A stretch of 34,152 nt of DNA from a virus (lineage: Duplodnaviria; Caudoviricetes): IMG/VR virus record IMGVR_UViG_3300016467_000352, positions 1-34,152 of that record. The stretch is one strand, 5' to 3'. Positions 26,017 through 32,893 of this stretch are shown in pieces. How positions within the stretch are numbered: the stretch's first letter is position 1; every line of letters starts with the position of its first letter. Made by a program: the position numbers and the translations under genes. The notes beneath the pieces are model-generated. The model saw only the letters and a program-made list of their open reading frames with translations. It had not been told where the DNA came from and ran no database searches.

Positions 26017-26519
26017 TAACCCTACTCTCCACACTGGTGTCATTCCTTGCCGGTGGTCTGCCTCGTCTGCTGGACTTTTTCCAAGACAAGTCTGACAAGA
26101 AGCATGAAATACAACTCGCGCAGATGCAGATCGAGCGTGAGCTTGCCTTGAAAAAAGCTAATCTAGAGATCGAGCAGAAGATAGAAGAAATAAAGACTGA
26201 CCAACTACAGATTAACGCTGACGTTCAGATGGTGCAGGCTGCCGTTGCCGAGAAACAGGCATTGCTTGCTCATGACATTGCGTTAGGTCAGGGTGCCAGC
26301 CAGTGGGTTATTAACCTGCGTGCCTCTACCCGCTCTGCCATTACTTATGGCATGTTCCTGATGTTCGCGTTTGTCGAGATATTCGGGTTCGCTTATGCCT
26401 TCTGGACCGGCGTGCAATTCACGGTGGCAATGGACAACCTTTGGGATGACGAGGCGCAGACGATTCTGGCGTCGATTGTATCCTTCTGGTTCGGTTCCCA
26501 AGCTTTTGCAAAGAAATGA
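26013..26519 (+). CDS. holin-like membrane protein (3TM-holin-like)
   Basis: WVINLRASTRSAITY..TM..IVSFWFGS immediately upstream of lysozyme. Confidence 0.7.
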   Translation: MITLLSTLVSFLAGGLPRLLDFFQDKSDKKHEIQLAQMQIERELALKKANLEIEQKIEEIKTDQLQINADVQMVQAAVAEKQALLAHDIALGQGASQWVINLRASTRSAITYGMFLMFAFVEIFGFAYAFWTGVQFTVAMDNLWDDEAQTILASIVSFWFGSQAFAKK

Positions 26520-26959
26520 AAACAAGTCCAGTCGGGATAACCCTGATAAAGCATCATGAGGGTGTGAGGCTCAAGCCTTACAAATGTCCCGCTGGCCTGT
26601 GGACTGTAGGTGTGGGTCACCTGATAGGCGACGGTAAGAGCCTACCGGATAGCTGGAACAGGGTGTTTAGTCAGGAGGAAGTGGATGCTATCCTTGCTCA
26701 AGACCTTGTGCGTTTTGAGTCGGGCGTGGCCCGATATTGCCCTGTTGCTCTTACTCAAGGGCAGTTTGACGCGCTTGTTAGCTTTAGTTTCAACGTCGGT
26801 TTAGGAGCCTTACAAAGGTCAACTGTTCGGCTGAAAACCAATAGGGGTGAGAAGGAACAGGCAGCGGATTCTCTGCTGGCGTGGTCCAAAGCGAACGGAA
26901 AAGTTTTGCCCGGTCTGTTGAAGCGCCGTAAGGACGAACGGGCGTTGTATCTCTCTTAG
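26516..26959 (+). CDS. endolysin, GH24 lysozyme
   Basis: HEGVRLKPYKCPAGLWTVGVGH; QGQFDALVSFSFNVG; GLLKRRKDE. Confidence 0.95.
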   Translation: MKTSPVGITLIKHHEGVRLKPYKCPAGLWTVGVGHLIGDGKSLPDSWNRVFSQEEVDAILAQDLVRFESGVARYCPVALTQGQFDALVSFSFNVGLGALQRSTVRLKTNRGEKEQAADSLLAWSKANGKVLPGLLKRRKDERALYLS

Positions 26960-26967
26960 GATATATC

Positions 26968-27120
26968 ATGGCTGCCAAGAAAGGACTTTACTACAACATC
27001 AACCGTCGTCGTAAGCTCGGTCTGCCTGCCAAGAAGCCTGGCCAGAAGGGATATCCGACGAAAGAAGCGTTTGTCCGCTCTGCCAAGACCGCCAAGAAGC
27101 GGAGGACTAAACGTGGATGA
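26968..27120 (+). CDS. small basic protein (50 aa)
   Basis: Not in track; AGGA SD; MAAKKGLYYNINRRRKLGLPAKKPGQKGYPTKEAFVRSAKTAKKRRTKRG*. Confidence 0.85.
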   Translation: MAAKKGLYYNINRRRKLGLPAKKPGQKGYPTKEAFVRSAKTAKKRRTKRG

Positions 27121-27598
27121 CTTAGGCAAAAATGATGATGTAATGATAGATTTTCTGAAATCCCAAAAAAACACTGAGAAAGATATTAATACGTTTCCAG
27201 AAAGTGTTTATGGGATTCAATATAGGCAAGAACTGTTCCCCGGCGAAGAAGAATTTTTTAAGAAAAATACGCATGTCGGAGGCATGGCTGCTGATGATGA
27301 TAGGATAGTAATAAATCCATATAGCTCGCTTTCCCCCGATCAAAAACGAGCGGTAATGTTGAATGAAGCCGCTAGAATTTACATGCGTCAGGGAAAAATT
27401 GCGCCTCCGCAATTTCAACTCACTCAAGAACAACTTAAGTCTTTAGGTGATTATTCAAAAGACCTAAATGACATTAGGCAAACCATAGTCGGAAGAATTA
27501 TTTCTGGAGATTCGTCTGCCGGAACTCCAACGCCAGAGCAAATGGTGTATGTTGAAATGCTCGAAAAATTGATGGGGATAAAACCCAATGGCTTCTAG
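27113..27598 (+). CDS. AT-rich hypothetical protein, possibly degenerate zincin-like fold
   Basis: GGAGG SD before GTG 27113; IVINPYS..KRAVMLNEAAR. Confidence 0.7.
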   Translation: MDDLGKNDDVMIDFLKSQKNTEKDINTFPESVYGIQYRQELFPGEEEFFKKNTHVGGMAADDDRIVINPYSSLSPDQKRAVMLNEAARIYMRQGKIAPPQFQLTQEQLKSLGDYSKDLNDIRQTIVGRIISGDSSAGTPTPEQMVYVEMLEKLMGIKPNGF

Positions 27599-27824
27599 AA
27601 AGAAGTTTCCTAGTTTGTCTGTAGGCCGTGGTGAGAAGCTTCCGGTAAGCCGTGGTGCTGGTCTGACTGAGAAGGGCAGGCGTAAGGCTAGGGCGTCAGG
27701 TAGCAACCTGAAAGCACCTACCAAAGACCCTAAAAACCCGCGTCATAAGTCATTCTGCGCCCGTAGCCGTAATTGGAAAGGGCCACGTGGCAAAGCTGCT
27801 CGACGCCGTTGGGGATGTAGATAA
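27588..27824 (+). CDS. small basic protein (DUF6321-like)
   Basis: GLTEKGR..GSNLKAP..RHKSFCARS..ARRRWGC. Confidence 0.8.
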   Translation: MASRKKFPSLSVGRGEKLPVSRGAGLTEKGRRKARASGSNLKAPTKDPKNPRHKSFCARSRNWKGPRGKAARRRWGCR

Positions 27825-27855
27825 AAAAATGCCCGCCGGAGAGGAGAAGGCGGGC
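27823..27855 (-). terminator. intrinsic terminator of the leftward operon
   Basis: Minus strand GCCCGCC-TTCTCCTCTCC-GGCGGGC-ATTTTTTT at the convergence point. Confidence 0.8.
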
Positions 27856-27919
27856 TAGGGATCGTCTAAGGGGGATGGGGAGACGATCTAAGGGAAACAC
27901 TGAAAGGCCAGTGTAGCAG

Positions 27920-28666
27920 TTACTCTGCGGGAATGAAACCCCCTTCAAAAATATAACTCCCGATGTGCGCCAGCGACACCCACGGCGCAACCCAAATGCT
28001 CCCGCCTGCCTTGCGGTAAAGCTGGCAGAAGTGGTAGTCCTCGGACAAAAGCCGGTTCGTATCCTTTTCGATAGAGCAGTCAAAGTAGGCCGTAATCTGA
28101 TCGCCAGGATTCACGTTGCCTGTCAGGTCTACTACGTCGCTGGTATAGACCGGAACTTTCAGTCTGTCCGTAATCTCACCGAATACCCTGCGCTGAATGA
28201 GCATAAAGCCCGTGCCAGCGTTCATAACCTCTAGCGGCTCGTTGATAGGCACGGTTACTTCTGAGGCGTATCCGGCCAGATTGACCACAAAGCTACCCGT
28301 ATACTTCTGTAGGTTCTCTACGCCACGTTTAGCCGCGTCAGAAACGGTTTTCCAGTTAATCTCTTTCTTGGGGTAGATACCGGCGATAACCGGCTTGTCG
28401 GCCTGAATCATGCTCAGAACGTCGTTTCCCTGAAAACGTATGTCTGAGTCTATGAACATGAAGTGCGTGAAGTCGGTCTTAAACGCATTCTTGACCATCG
28501 CATTACGTGCACGCTGAATCAGGCTTTCGTTGAACATAAACGACACTGAAAGCTTGATTCCTGAGTTCTGACACGCTTGCACCAGGCTGATGATGCCCTG
28601 CGTAAATGCGCCGTGGCACATGCCACCATACATCGGCGTGGCTACGAACAGATGGGTTTGTTCCAT
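27920..28666 (-). CDS. glycosyltransferase-like protein (GT-A fold)
   Basis: LFVATPMYGG..ESLIQRARN..THFMFIDSDI (DxD)..GTGFMLI..LSEDYHFC..LAHIG. Confidence 0.85.
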   Translation of the reverse strand: MEQTHLFVATPMYGGMCHGAFTQGIISLVQACQNSGIKLSVSFMFNESLIQRARNAMVKNAFKTDFTHFMFIDSDIRFQGNDVLSMIQADKPVIAGIYPKKEINWKTVSDAAKRGVENLQKYTGSFVVNLAGYASEVTVPINEPLEVMNAGTGFMLIQRRVFGEITDRLKVPVYTSDVVDLTGNVNPGDQITAYFDCSIEKDTNRLLSEDYHFCQLYRKAGGSIWVAPWVSLAHIGSYIFEGGFIPAE

Positions 28667-28687
28667 ATTATTCTCCTAGAGATAGGT

Positions 28688-28757
28688 GTGCGGTCCTGGG
28701 AACGCTGCCGCACCAGCGCCTAACCTCCCAACACGTTGCGTGTCGGAGTGTCCCAAG
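28688..28757 (-). ncRNA. compact structured leader RNA (three-way junction with loop pseudoknot)
   Basis: P1 CTTGGGA/TCCCAGG, P2 CTCCGACACG/CGTGTTGGGAG, P3 GCGCTG/CAGCGT, loop GTGCGG pairs with downstream CCGCAC. Confidence 0.55.
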
Positions 28758-28771
28758 TCACCGGAGGGTTC

Positions 28772-29080
28772 TCAACTAATATCCTCTACGCGCAACACGT
28801 AGCGGCCTTTTGAGTTCTTTCGCCATCCGTGGACTATGATACGCCAACCAGCGTCCCTAACCTTCGGCAGATAGTCGGATTCCATGATCTTCTTGATACG
28901 GCTGCTAACCCCGGTGCTCGTAACCTGCACAGCCAGTGTTTCATCCTTTCGGATGGCAAGAAGGTCTATAAACCCGAATAAGTCCTGCCGTATGCGAGCA
29001 TGAGGATTCCACCGCTCTACGATAGCGACGGTGTAGCCCTCTTCCCGCAGGTAGGCTAGGGAACGCTGTGTGGGAGTCAT
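28772..29080 (-). CDS. PD-(D/E)xK nuclease (VRR-NUC/Holliday-junction-resolvase-like)
   Basis: LREEGYTVAIVE..DLFGFIDLLAI..LAVQVT..WRIIVHGW. Confidence 0.75.
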   Translation of the reverse strand: MTPTQRSLAYLREEGYTVAIVERWNPHARIRQDLFGFIDLLAIRKDETLAVQVTSTGVSSRIKKIMESDYLPKVRDAGWRIIVHGWRKNSKGRYVLRVEDIS

Positions 29081-29397
29081 CAGAACGGAATGTCTGGATC
29101 AGTATCGCCTCGGAAGGGAACCGCATCTGATTCTTTACGGCGGTAGTTCCCGTCATTGTCGGTATAGCTCTGACGAGGCTGGTTCTTCCAGTCATCCGTC
29201 TGATGCGTGAAGGACACCATGAAGTTACCGTTACGGGTTTCCTTGAACCATCCTGCCAGTTCGATCTTCTCACCCGCTTCGATACGCTGCTTCGCCCGGA
29301 ATGCGCCACGCATATTAGGACTCTTGTCGCTCTTGCCTTTGCTCTCAAACATGATGCCGCGACCGTCCTGAACCTCGATGTCTTTATACTCAGCCAT
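29080..29397 (-). CDS. putative single-stranded DNA-binding protein
   Basis: KSDKSPNMRG..IELAGW..FMVSF; acidic SSB-type tail DPDIPF. Confidence 0.7.
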   Translation of the reverse strand: MAEYKDIEVQDGRGIMFESKGKSDKSPNMRGAFRAKQRIEAGEKIELAGWFKETRNGNFMVSFTHQTDDWKNQPRQSYTDNDGNYRRKESDAVPFRGDTDPDIPF

Positions 29398-29399
29398 GA

Positions 29400-29594
29400 C
29401 TACCCTTTAATTAAGTGATACTTCGCGTAAGACTTCCCGTTGCGCTTCACTGTCTCTGTAACGATTGTGTTACCTTGCTTCCTGAGTTCATCGACTCGGC
29501 TGGCTAGGCGCATGATGCCAAGCTCGTTGAGCGCCTCCAAAGACGTTATGGGGCCGCGTGCAAGCCTCTGCAACACGGCCTCATTCTGTGTCAG
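29400..29594 (-). CDS. winged helix-turn-helix protein lacking a canonical start (CTG start or frameshift product)
   Basis: Not in track; (L)TQNEAVLQRLARGPITSLEALNELGIMRLASRVDELRKQGNTIVTETVKRNGKSYAKYHLIKG*. Confidence 0.75.
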   Translation of the reverse strand: MTQNEAVLQRLARGPITSLEALNELGIMRLASRVDELRKQGNTIVTETVKRNGKSYAKYHLIKG

Positions 29595-30436
29595 CCCTCC
29601 GAGCCTTGCGGCTTTTCCTCGGTGTTCGCTCCTGCTTTTGCAATAGCACCCAGGATGCGCGTCATCTCCCCAAGCCCAACCTTTTTGAAGGTAGCCTTGT
29701 TGAGTTCCTTAAGCTCTGCCAGCTTTTCGTCCTTTCCCGCAGCATCCAGCTTGTCACTGTTCTTAATACGTTCAGCTACTTTAACAATAGCATCTGTGTA
29801 TTCTTCAACAGTGTCAAAGTGAGCAAATACACCGTCCTTACCCGGAATACGCAGTTCCAGGTTCATAGACGGTTTCTTAGTTTCCTCGACGATCTTAGGG
29901 CCGTCGTCCAGGTCGTCAAAGGTCGTAACCGTCACGGTCGGCGTAATATCCTTTTCGGCAGGCTGAAAGTCCTGCACTTCCTCCGGCGTGTAGGTGCCTG
30001 CGATACACCCCGGATAAACGGTCCTGATGCCCTCAGAAATGACTCTAGCCCTGAGCATGGCACGCGGATACTTCTCCCAACCGCTACCGGGCTTGTAAAG
30101 CCCTATACGCTTCGCCTGAGCGATTTCCCATGACAGGGTGACACTACCCCCCTGAGGATGGCTAAAAACGCCTGTAACGCGTTCGTCGGTGTATTCCTTC
30201 CACTCTACCTTGCCACCGCTGGACTGGAACCGGGCGAGCATGGCATCAGCCTTGAGGGTAGGACGGCCCTGAATTACGTGATAATCGCGAGCTGCGATAG
30301 CCGGATGGTAGCCTTCTGCCTGTGCGATCAGCATGAGTGCCATAGCCTGCTCAGGCGACTTAACCCCGAAAAGGCCAGACTTCGCCACCGCCAGCGCCAT
30401 CTTCTCTACATCTGCGACAGGAACCAAGTTAGACAT
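29591..30436 (-). CDS. RecT-like single-strand annealing recombinase
   Basis: AVAKSGLF..AMALML..HVIQGRPTLKADAM..AKRIGL..WEKYPRAMLRARVISE..YTPEEV; adjacent to YqaJ. Confidence 0.85.
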   Translation of the reverse strand: MSNLVPVADVEKMALAVAKSGLFGVKSPEQAMALMLIAQAEGYHPAIAARDYHVIQGRPTLKADAMLARFQSSGGKVEWKEYTDERVTGVFSHPQGGSVTLSWEIAQAKRIGLYKPGSGWEKYPRAMLRARVISEGIRTVYPGCIAGTYTPEEVQDFQPAEKDITPTVTVTTFDDLDDGPKIVEETKKPSMNLELRIPGKDGVFAHFDTVEEYTDAIVKVAERIKNSDKLDAAGKDEKLAELKELNKATFKKVGLGEMTRILGAIAKAGANTEEKPQGSEG

Positions 30437-30549
30437 TTTGATACTCCTAATGTTAGGTATTCAAGGACTAATATTAGCAGATACGAAAGAAATGCTACAA
30501 TAGCAGCACCTACTATCTGTAACACGCTAATATCGTCCTCATGCTTCAT
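30406..30549 (-). CDS. small membrane protein (47 aa)
   Basis: Not in track; ATGA overlap with YqaJ stop; LQIVGAAIVAFLSYLLILVL hydrophobic. Confidence 0.55.
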   Translation of the reverse strand: MKHEDDISVLQIVGAAIVAFLSYLLILVLEYLTLGVSKCLTWFLSQM

Positions 30550-31439
30550 TTAATGAGAAACCGACGATTACCGGGTTTAGTCATCACAAACTGTTCGTAA
30601 ATGTCTGGCATGGAGGACTTGAACAGTTCTCGGTCGAAAGCCTTGCTTTCCTTGCTTTGCTTCCAGGTGCAGAGGACTTTCCCATCTGTGGACATGAGTG
30701 CTTCTGCCGAGCCTAGAAGGTTCTGAAGCTTGGCCTCGTAGGTTTCCACCACCTTTTCGTGCTGCTTAATCTGATCCTTCAGGACACGAAGTTCTCGACA
30801 GACTTGCGCGACGTCCTCACCCACAGTCCGCGTTGTGCCGTCTGCCCTCGGAAATAGCTTCCGAGCCGCCTCCGGTGTATTGGCAGCAGGCGGGGTGCGT
30901 GTTTGTATATTCCCCCAAACCTCTGCCTCGGTCTGGATAAGAACATCTTTTGCTGCTTCTTCTGCGTCCAACGAGAATATTCGAAGCTCCTGGCCGCCAA
31001 ATAGAACACAGAGCAATACCTTTTCAACGCCATGAACGGCGGCCTCGTGAATACACTGTGCCAAGTCCTCTTCTGGGACCAGTGTAGAACCATCTTCTCC
31101 GAAGTTCTTAGATTTGTCGAACCGATAATTCTTAATTTCGAGAAGTGCATTTCCGTCCTCCGTAATGAAGTCGAAGTGAGATTTCATCCACTCATGCTTC
31201 TTATGCGTCAGACTGTAGTCTGCTTCTTTGATATTAAGACGTAGCTTGTCTGCTGCTGCTCTGGCGATGCTTTCCTGCAAGCGCAGTCCCCATTGAGCGG
31301 GTTCGTAGTCGGAAAGGTCAGGCGGTGCGACTTCCCCGATACGCTCGAGATATACCTCTGCTGCACGGCCTGCGACGATCTTCCTGGCGTCAGTTGCCCA
31401 CAGGCCGGTATTACGCACTTCAGGTGCAAAGTCATTCAT
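30546..31439 (-). CDS. YqaJ-like viral recombinase exonuclease (lambda-exonuclease family)
   Basis: WGLRLQESI..HKKHEWMKSHFDF..LLEIKN..QCIHEAAV..VLFGGQE; start MNDFAPE. Confidence 0.9.
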   Translation of the reverse strand: MNDFAPEVRNTGLWATDARKIVAGRAAEVYLERIGEVAPPDLSDYEPAQWGLRLQESIARAAADKLRLNIKEADYSLTHKKHEWMKSHFDFITEDGNALLEIKNYRFDKSKNFGEDGSTLVPEEDLAQCIHEAAVHGVEKVLLCVLFGGQELRIFSLDAEEAAKDVLIQTEAEVWGNIQTRTPPAANTPEAARKLFPRADGTTRTVGEDVAQVCRELRVLKDQIKQHEKVVETYEAKLQNLLGSAEALMSTDGKVLCTWKQSKESKAFDRELFKSSMPDIYEQFVMTKPGNRRFLIK

Positions 31440-31641
31440 GGCGTTTCCCTTTTTTTTCAGACATACGTTTTCGAGAGTGTTCCATACATTCGGCACACTT
31501 CCAGCGTCTAGCGGTGTTTGTTTTTACGATGCCGCCACCCTCCAGACTCATATGCCGACTACAGCTAGAGCAGTATTTCTTACCTGTCATTTCCTGCATT
31601 TTTGCTGTTAACCCCCTTCTCACTTTACCATCACCTATCAT
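31432..31641 (-). CDS. small Zn-finger protein
   Basis: CSSC..RWKCAEC. Confidence 0.8.
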   Translation of the reverse strand: MIGDGKVRRGLTAKMQEMTGKKYCSSCSRHMSLEGGGIVKTNTARRWKCAECMEHSRKRMSEKKGKRHE

Positions 31642-31707
31642 TTACGTTTCCTTTTTCACCGGCTCTGCGCTCGGCTCGGGCTTGTGCAACAATTCGCGGT
31701 CGGTCAT
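31642..31707 (-). CDS. 21-aa ORF, probable collapsed gene remnant
   Basis: GGAG SD, MTDRELLHKPEPSAEPVKKET*, ATGA overlap upstream and abuts the next ATG. Confidence 0.4.
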   Translation of the reverse strand: MTDRELLHKPEPSAEPVKKET

Positions 31708-31793
31708 TTCTCCCTCTCCTTCAGCATCGCGTCGGCAATAGTTGAACGCAGACGCTCCTCAAAATTAGTGCTTACGCAGGGATCGCGGTTCAT
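31704..31793 (-). CDS. 29-aa ORF ending in ADAMLKERE motif
   Basis: GAGG SD, ATGA coupling; MNRDPCVSTNFEERLRSTIADAMLKEREK*. Confidence 0.45.
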   Translation of the reverse strand: MNRDPCVSTNFEERLRSTIADAMLKEREK

Positions 31794-31981
31794 GCCATCC
31801 TCACAATCGGCTTTACGTGGCATGAATGATGAAGCGTTGTGCGCTGACCAAGAGATTCGTTCCAGCACTCATGCCGGTGTCCGCTAGGCGTGATCGGACT
31901 AGCGCCTAGATAAACATAAGTCTCTCTCGTCCGCAGCAGCATAAATCGCTGACCGCGAGAAAGATTCCGCACTCGTTTCAT
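31790..31981 (-). CDS. hypothetical protein (63 aa)
   Basis: ATGA coupling both sides; GAGGGG SD. Confidence 0.7.
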   Translation of the reverse strand: MKRVRNLSRGQRFMLLRTRETYVYLGASPITPSGHRHECWNESLGQRTTLHHSCHVKPIVRMA

Positions 31982-32139
31982 TTCTCACCCCTCAACGTGT
32001 CGTAGACGGTGATAACGTCGGCAGTTGCGTCAGGCCATGTATTGATAGCTCTGGCTAACAGAGTGATGACGGTATCTTTTTCCTCTGGCGAGAATGACAG
32101 ACAGTAGTCACCGTTGAGAAACTCTTTAGTCAATTTCAT
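31978..32139 (-). CDS. hypothetical protein (53 aa)
   Basis: Not in track; GGAGG SD, TAATG overlap; MKLTKEFLNGDYCLSFSPEEK...LRGEK*. Confidence 0.7.
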   Translation of the reverse strand: MKLTKEFLNGDYCLSFSPEEKDTVITLLARAINTWPDATADVITVYDTLRGEK

Positions 32140-32333
32140 TACTTGGCCTCCCAGTGTTTACCGCTTTCACCGCATGTTGTCTTACTGCCTGCATCAAGAC
32201 GTTCAGCACGGCAGTATTTGACTTTATCTTCGCCGGTAACCAGGTCTTGCTCGCGTATCCACGGGCAGACGCAACGATGCTCGGTCATGCCGCCCATCTC
32301 ATGCCATTTGCAATCAATACACAGTTTCAACAT
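32139..32333 (-). CDS. Cys-rich small phage protein
   Basis: GGAGG SD; KLCIDCKWH..C..DLVTG..YC..ER..CG..GKHWEAK. Confidence 0.8.
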   Translation of the reverse strand: MLKLCIDCKWHEMGGMTEHRCVCPWIREQDLVTGEDKVKYCRAERLDAGSKTTCGESGKHWEAK

Positions 32334-32344
32334 AAAGCCTCCAG

Positions 32345-32690
32345 GTTAGGGTGATGCACTGACGGGGACTGCTAGGTGTTCCCTAAAAAATCTCTCACTA
32401 GGTGTTTTACTGTCTTGTAAACGCTGGACTCCGTGTCACGGCACGAGGACGGTGGCTGCTGTGTTATATGCGATGTATCCCTCGGCTGCTCACTCGACAA
32501 CACCTAACCCCCTATATTGTTTTAGTAGGGGCTACCGTTAAAAAACGGCGCTGCTCTCGTTTATCACACTAGACTGCCGTCCCACAGGATTCACCTGCTA
32601 GCTCTGGCGAGCGGGACACCGTGTGTTTATTCCCTATGTCGCAGCGACAAGCGGGAGGGCTGGGTCATGGCCCCGTAAGCCCTGTGAGAA
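32345..32690 (-). ncRNA. putative structured non-coding RNA (function unknown)
   Basis: No credible ORF; series of nested stems whose mismatches are G-U on the minus strand. Confidence 0.5.
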
Positions 32691-32692
32691 TG

Positions 32693-32783
32693 AAAAAACC
32701 CCTACGGCTGGGCTTCTGGTCGCGGTCACGGTGAGAGCCAATCGGGATACTCTCGTCGCCACCGAAACCCATGCGTAGGGGTT
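32693..32783 (-). ncRNA. C4/CI-like antisense RNA with terminator-forming outer stem
   Basis: AACCCCTACG/CGTAGGGGTT-TTTT outer stem; loop TCCCGATTGG and CCGTGAC complementary to upstream CCAATCGGGA (32787-32796) and GTCACGG (32809-32815). Confidence 0.75.
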
Positions 32784-32845
32784 CGCTCCCGATTGGAATT
32801 TGTTCACCCCGTGACGGGCGACCTGTCGTTTTCACAGGTGACAAC

Positions 32846-32874
32846 ATCATAATGCTACTAAATGACAGCGTCAA
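32846..32874 (-). promoter_or_regulatory. sigma70 promoter driving the C4-like RNA and downstream operon
   Basis: TTGACG (32874-32869), 17 nt, TATGAT (32851-32846). Confidence 0.75.
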
Positions 32875-32893
32875 CTAGAATGTGCGTTGGGAC

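Noticed and set aside
28667-28774. Stop-codon readthrough fusing the nuclease to the glycosyltransferase (genes are in frame)
   Set aside because: A second in-frame stop (TAG) precedes the GT start, which has its own AGGAG SD.
32697-32783. tRNA gene
   Set aside because: Multi-stem fold but no T-loop GTTC arm, D-loop or acceptor CCA; fits a C4/CI-like RNA instead.
32665-32874. 69-aa ORF across the C4-like region
   Set aside because: Its TTG start is the -35 box of the promoter, so it lies upstream of the predicted transcription start; no SD.
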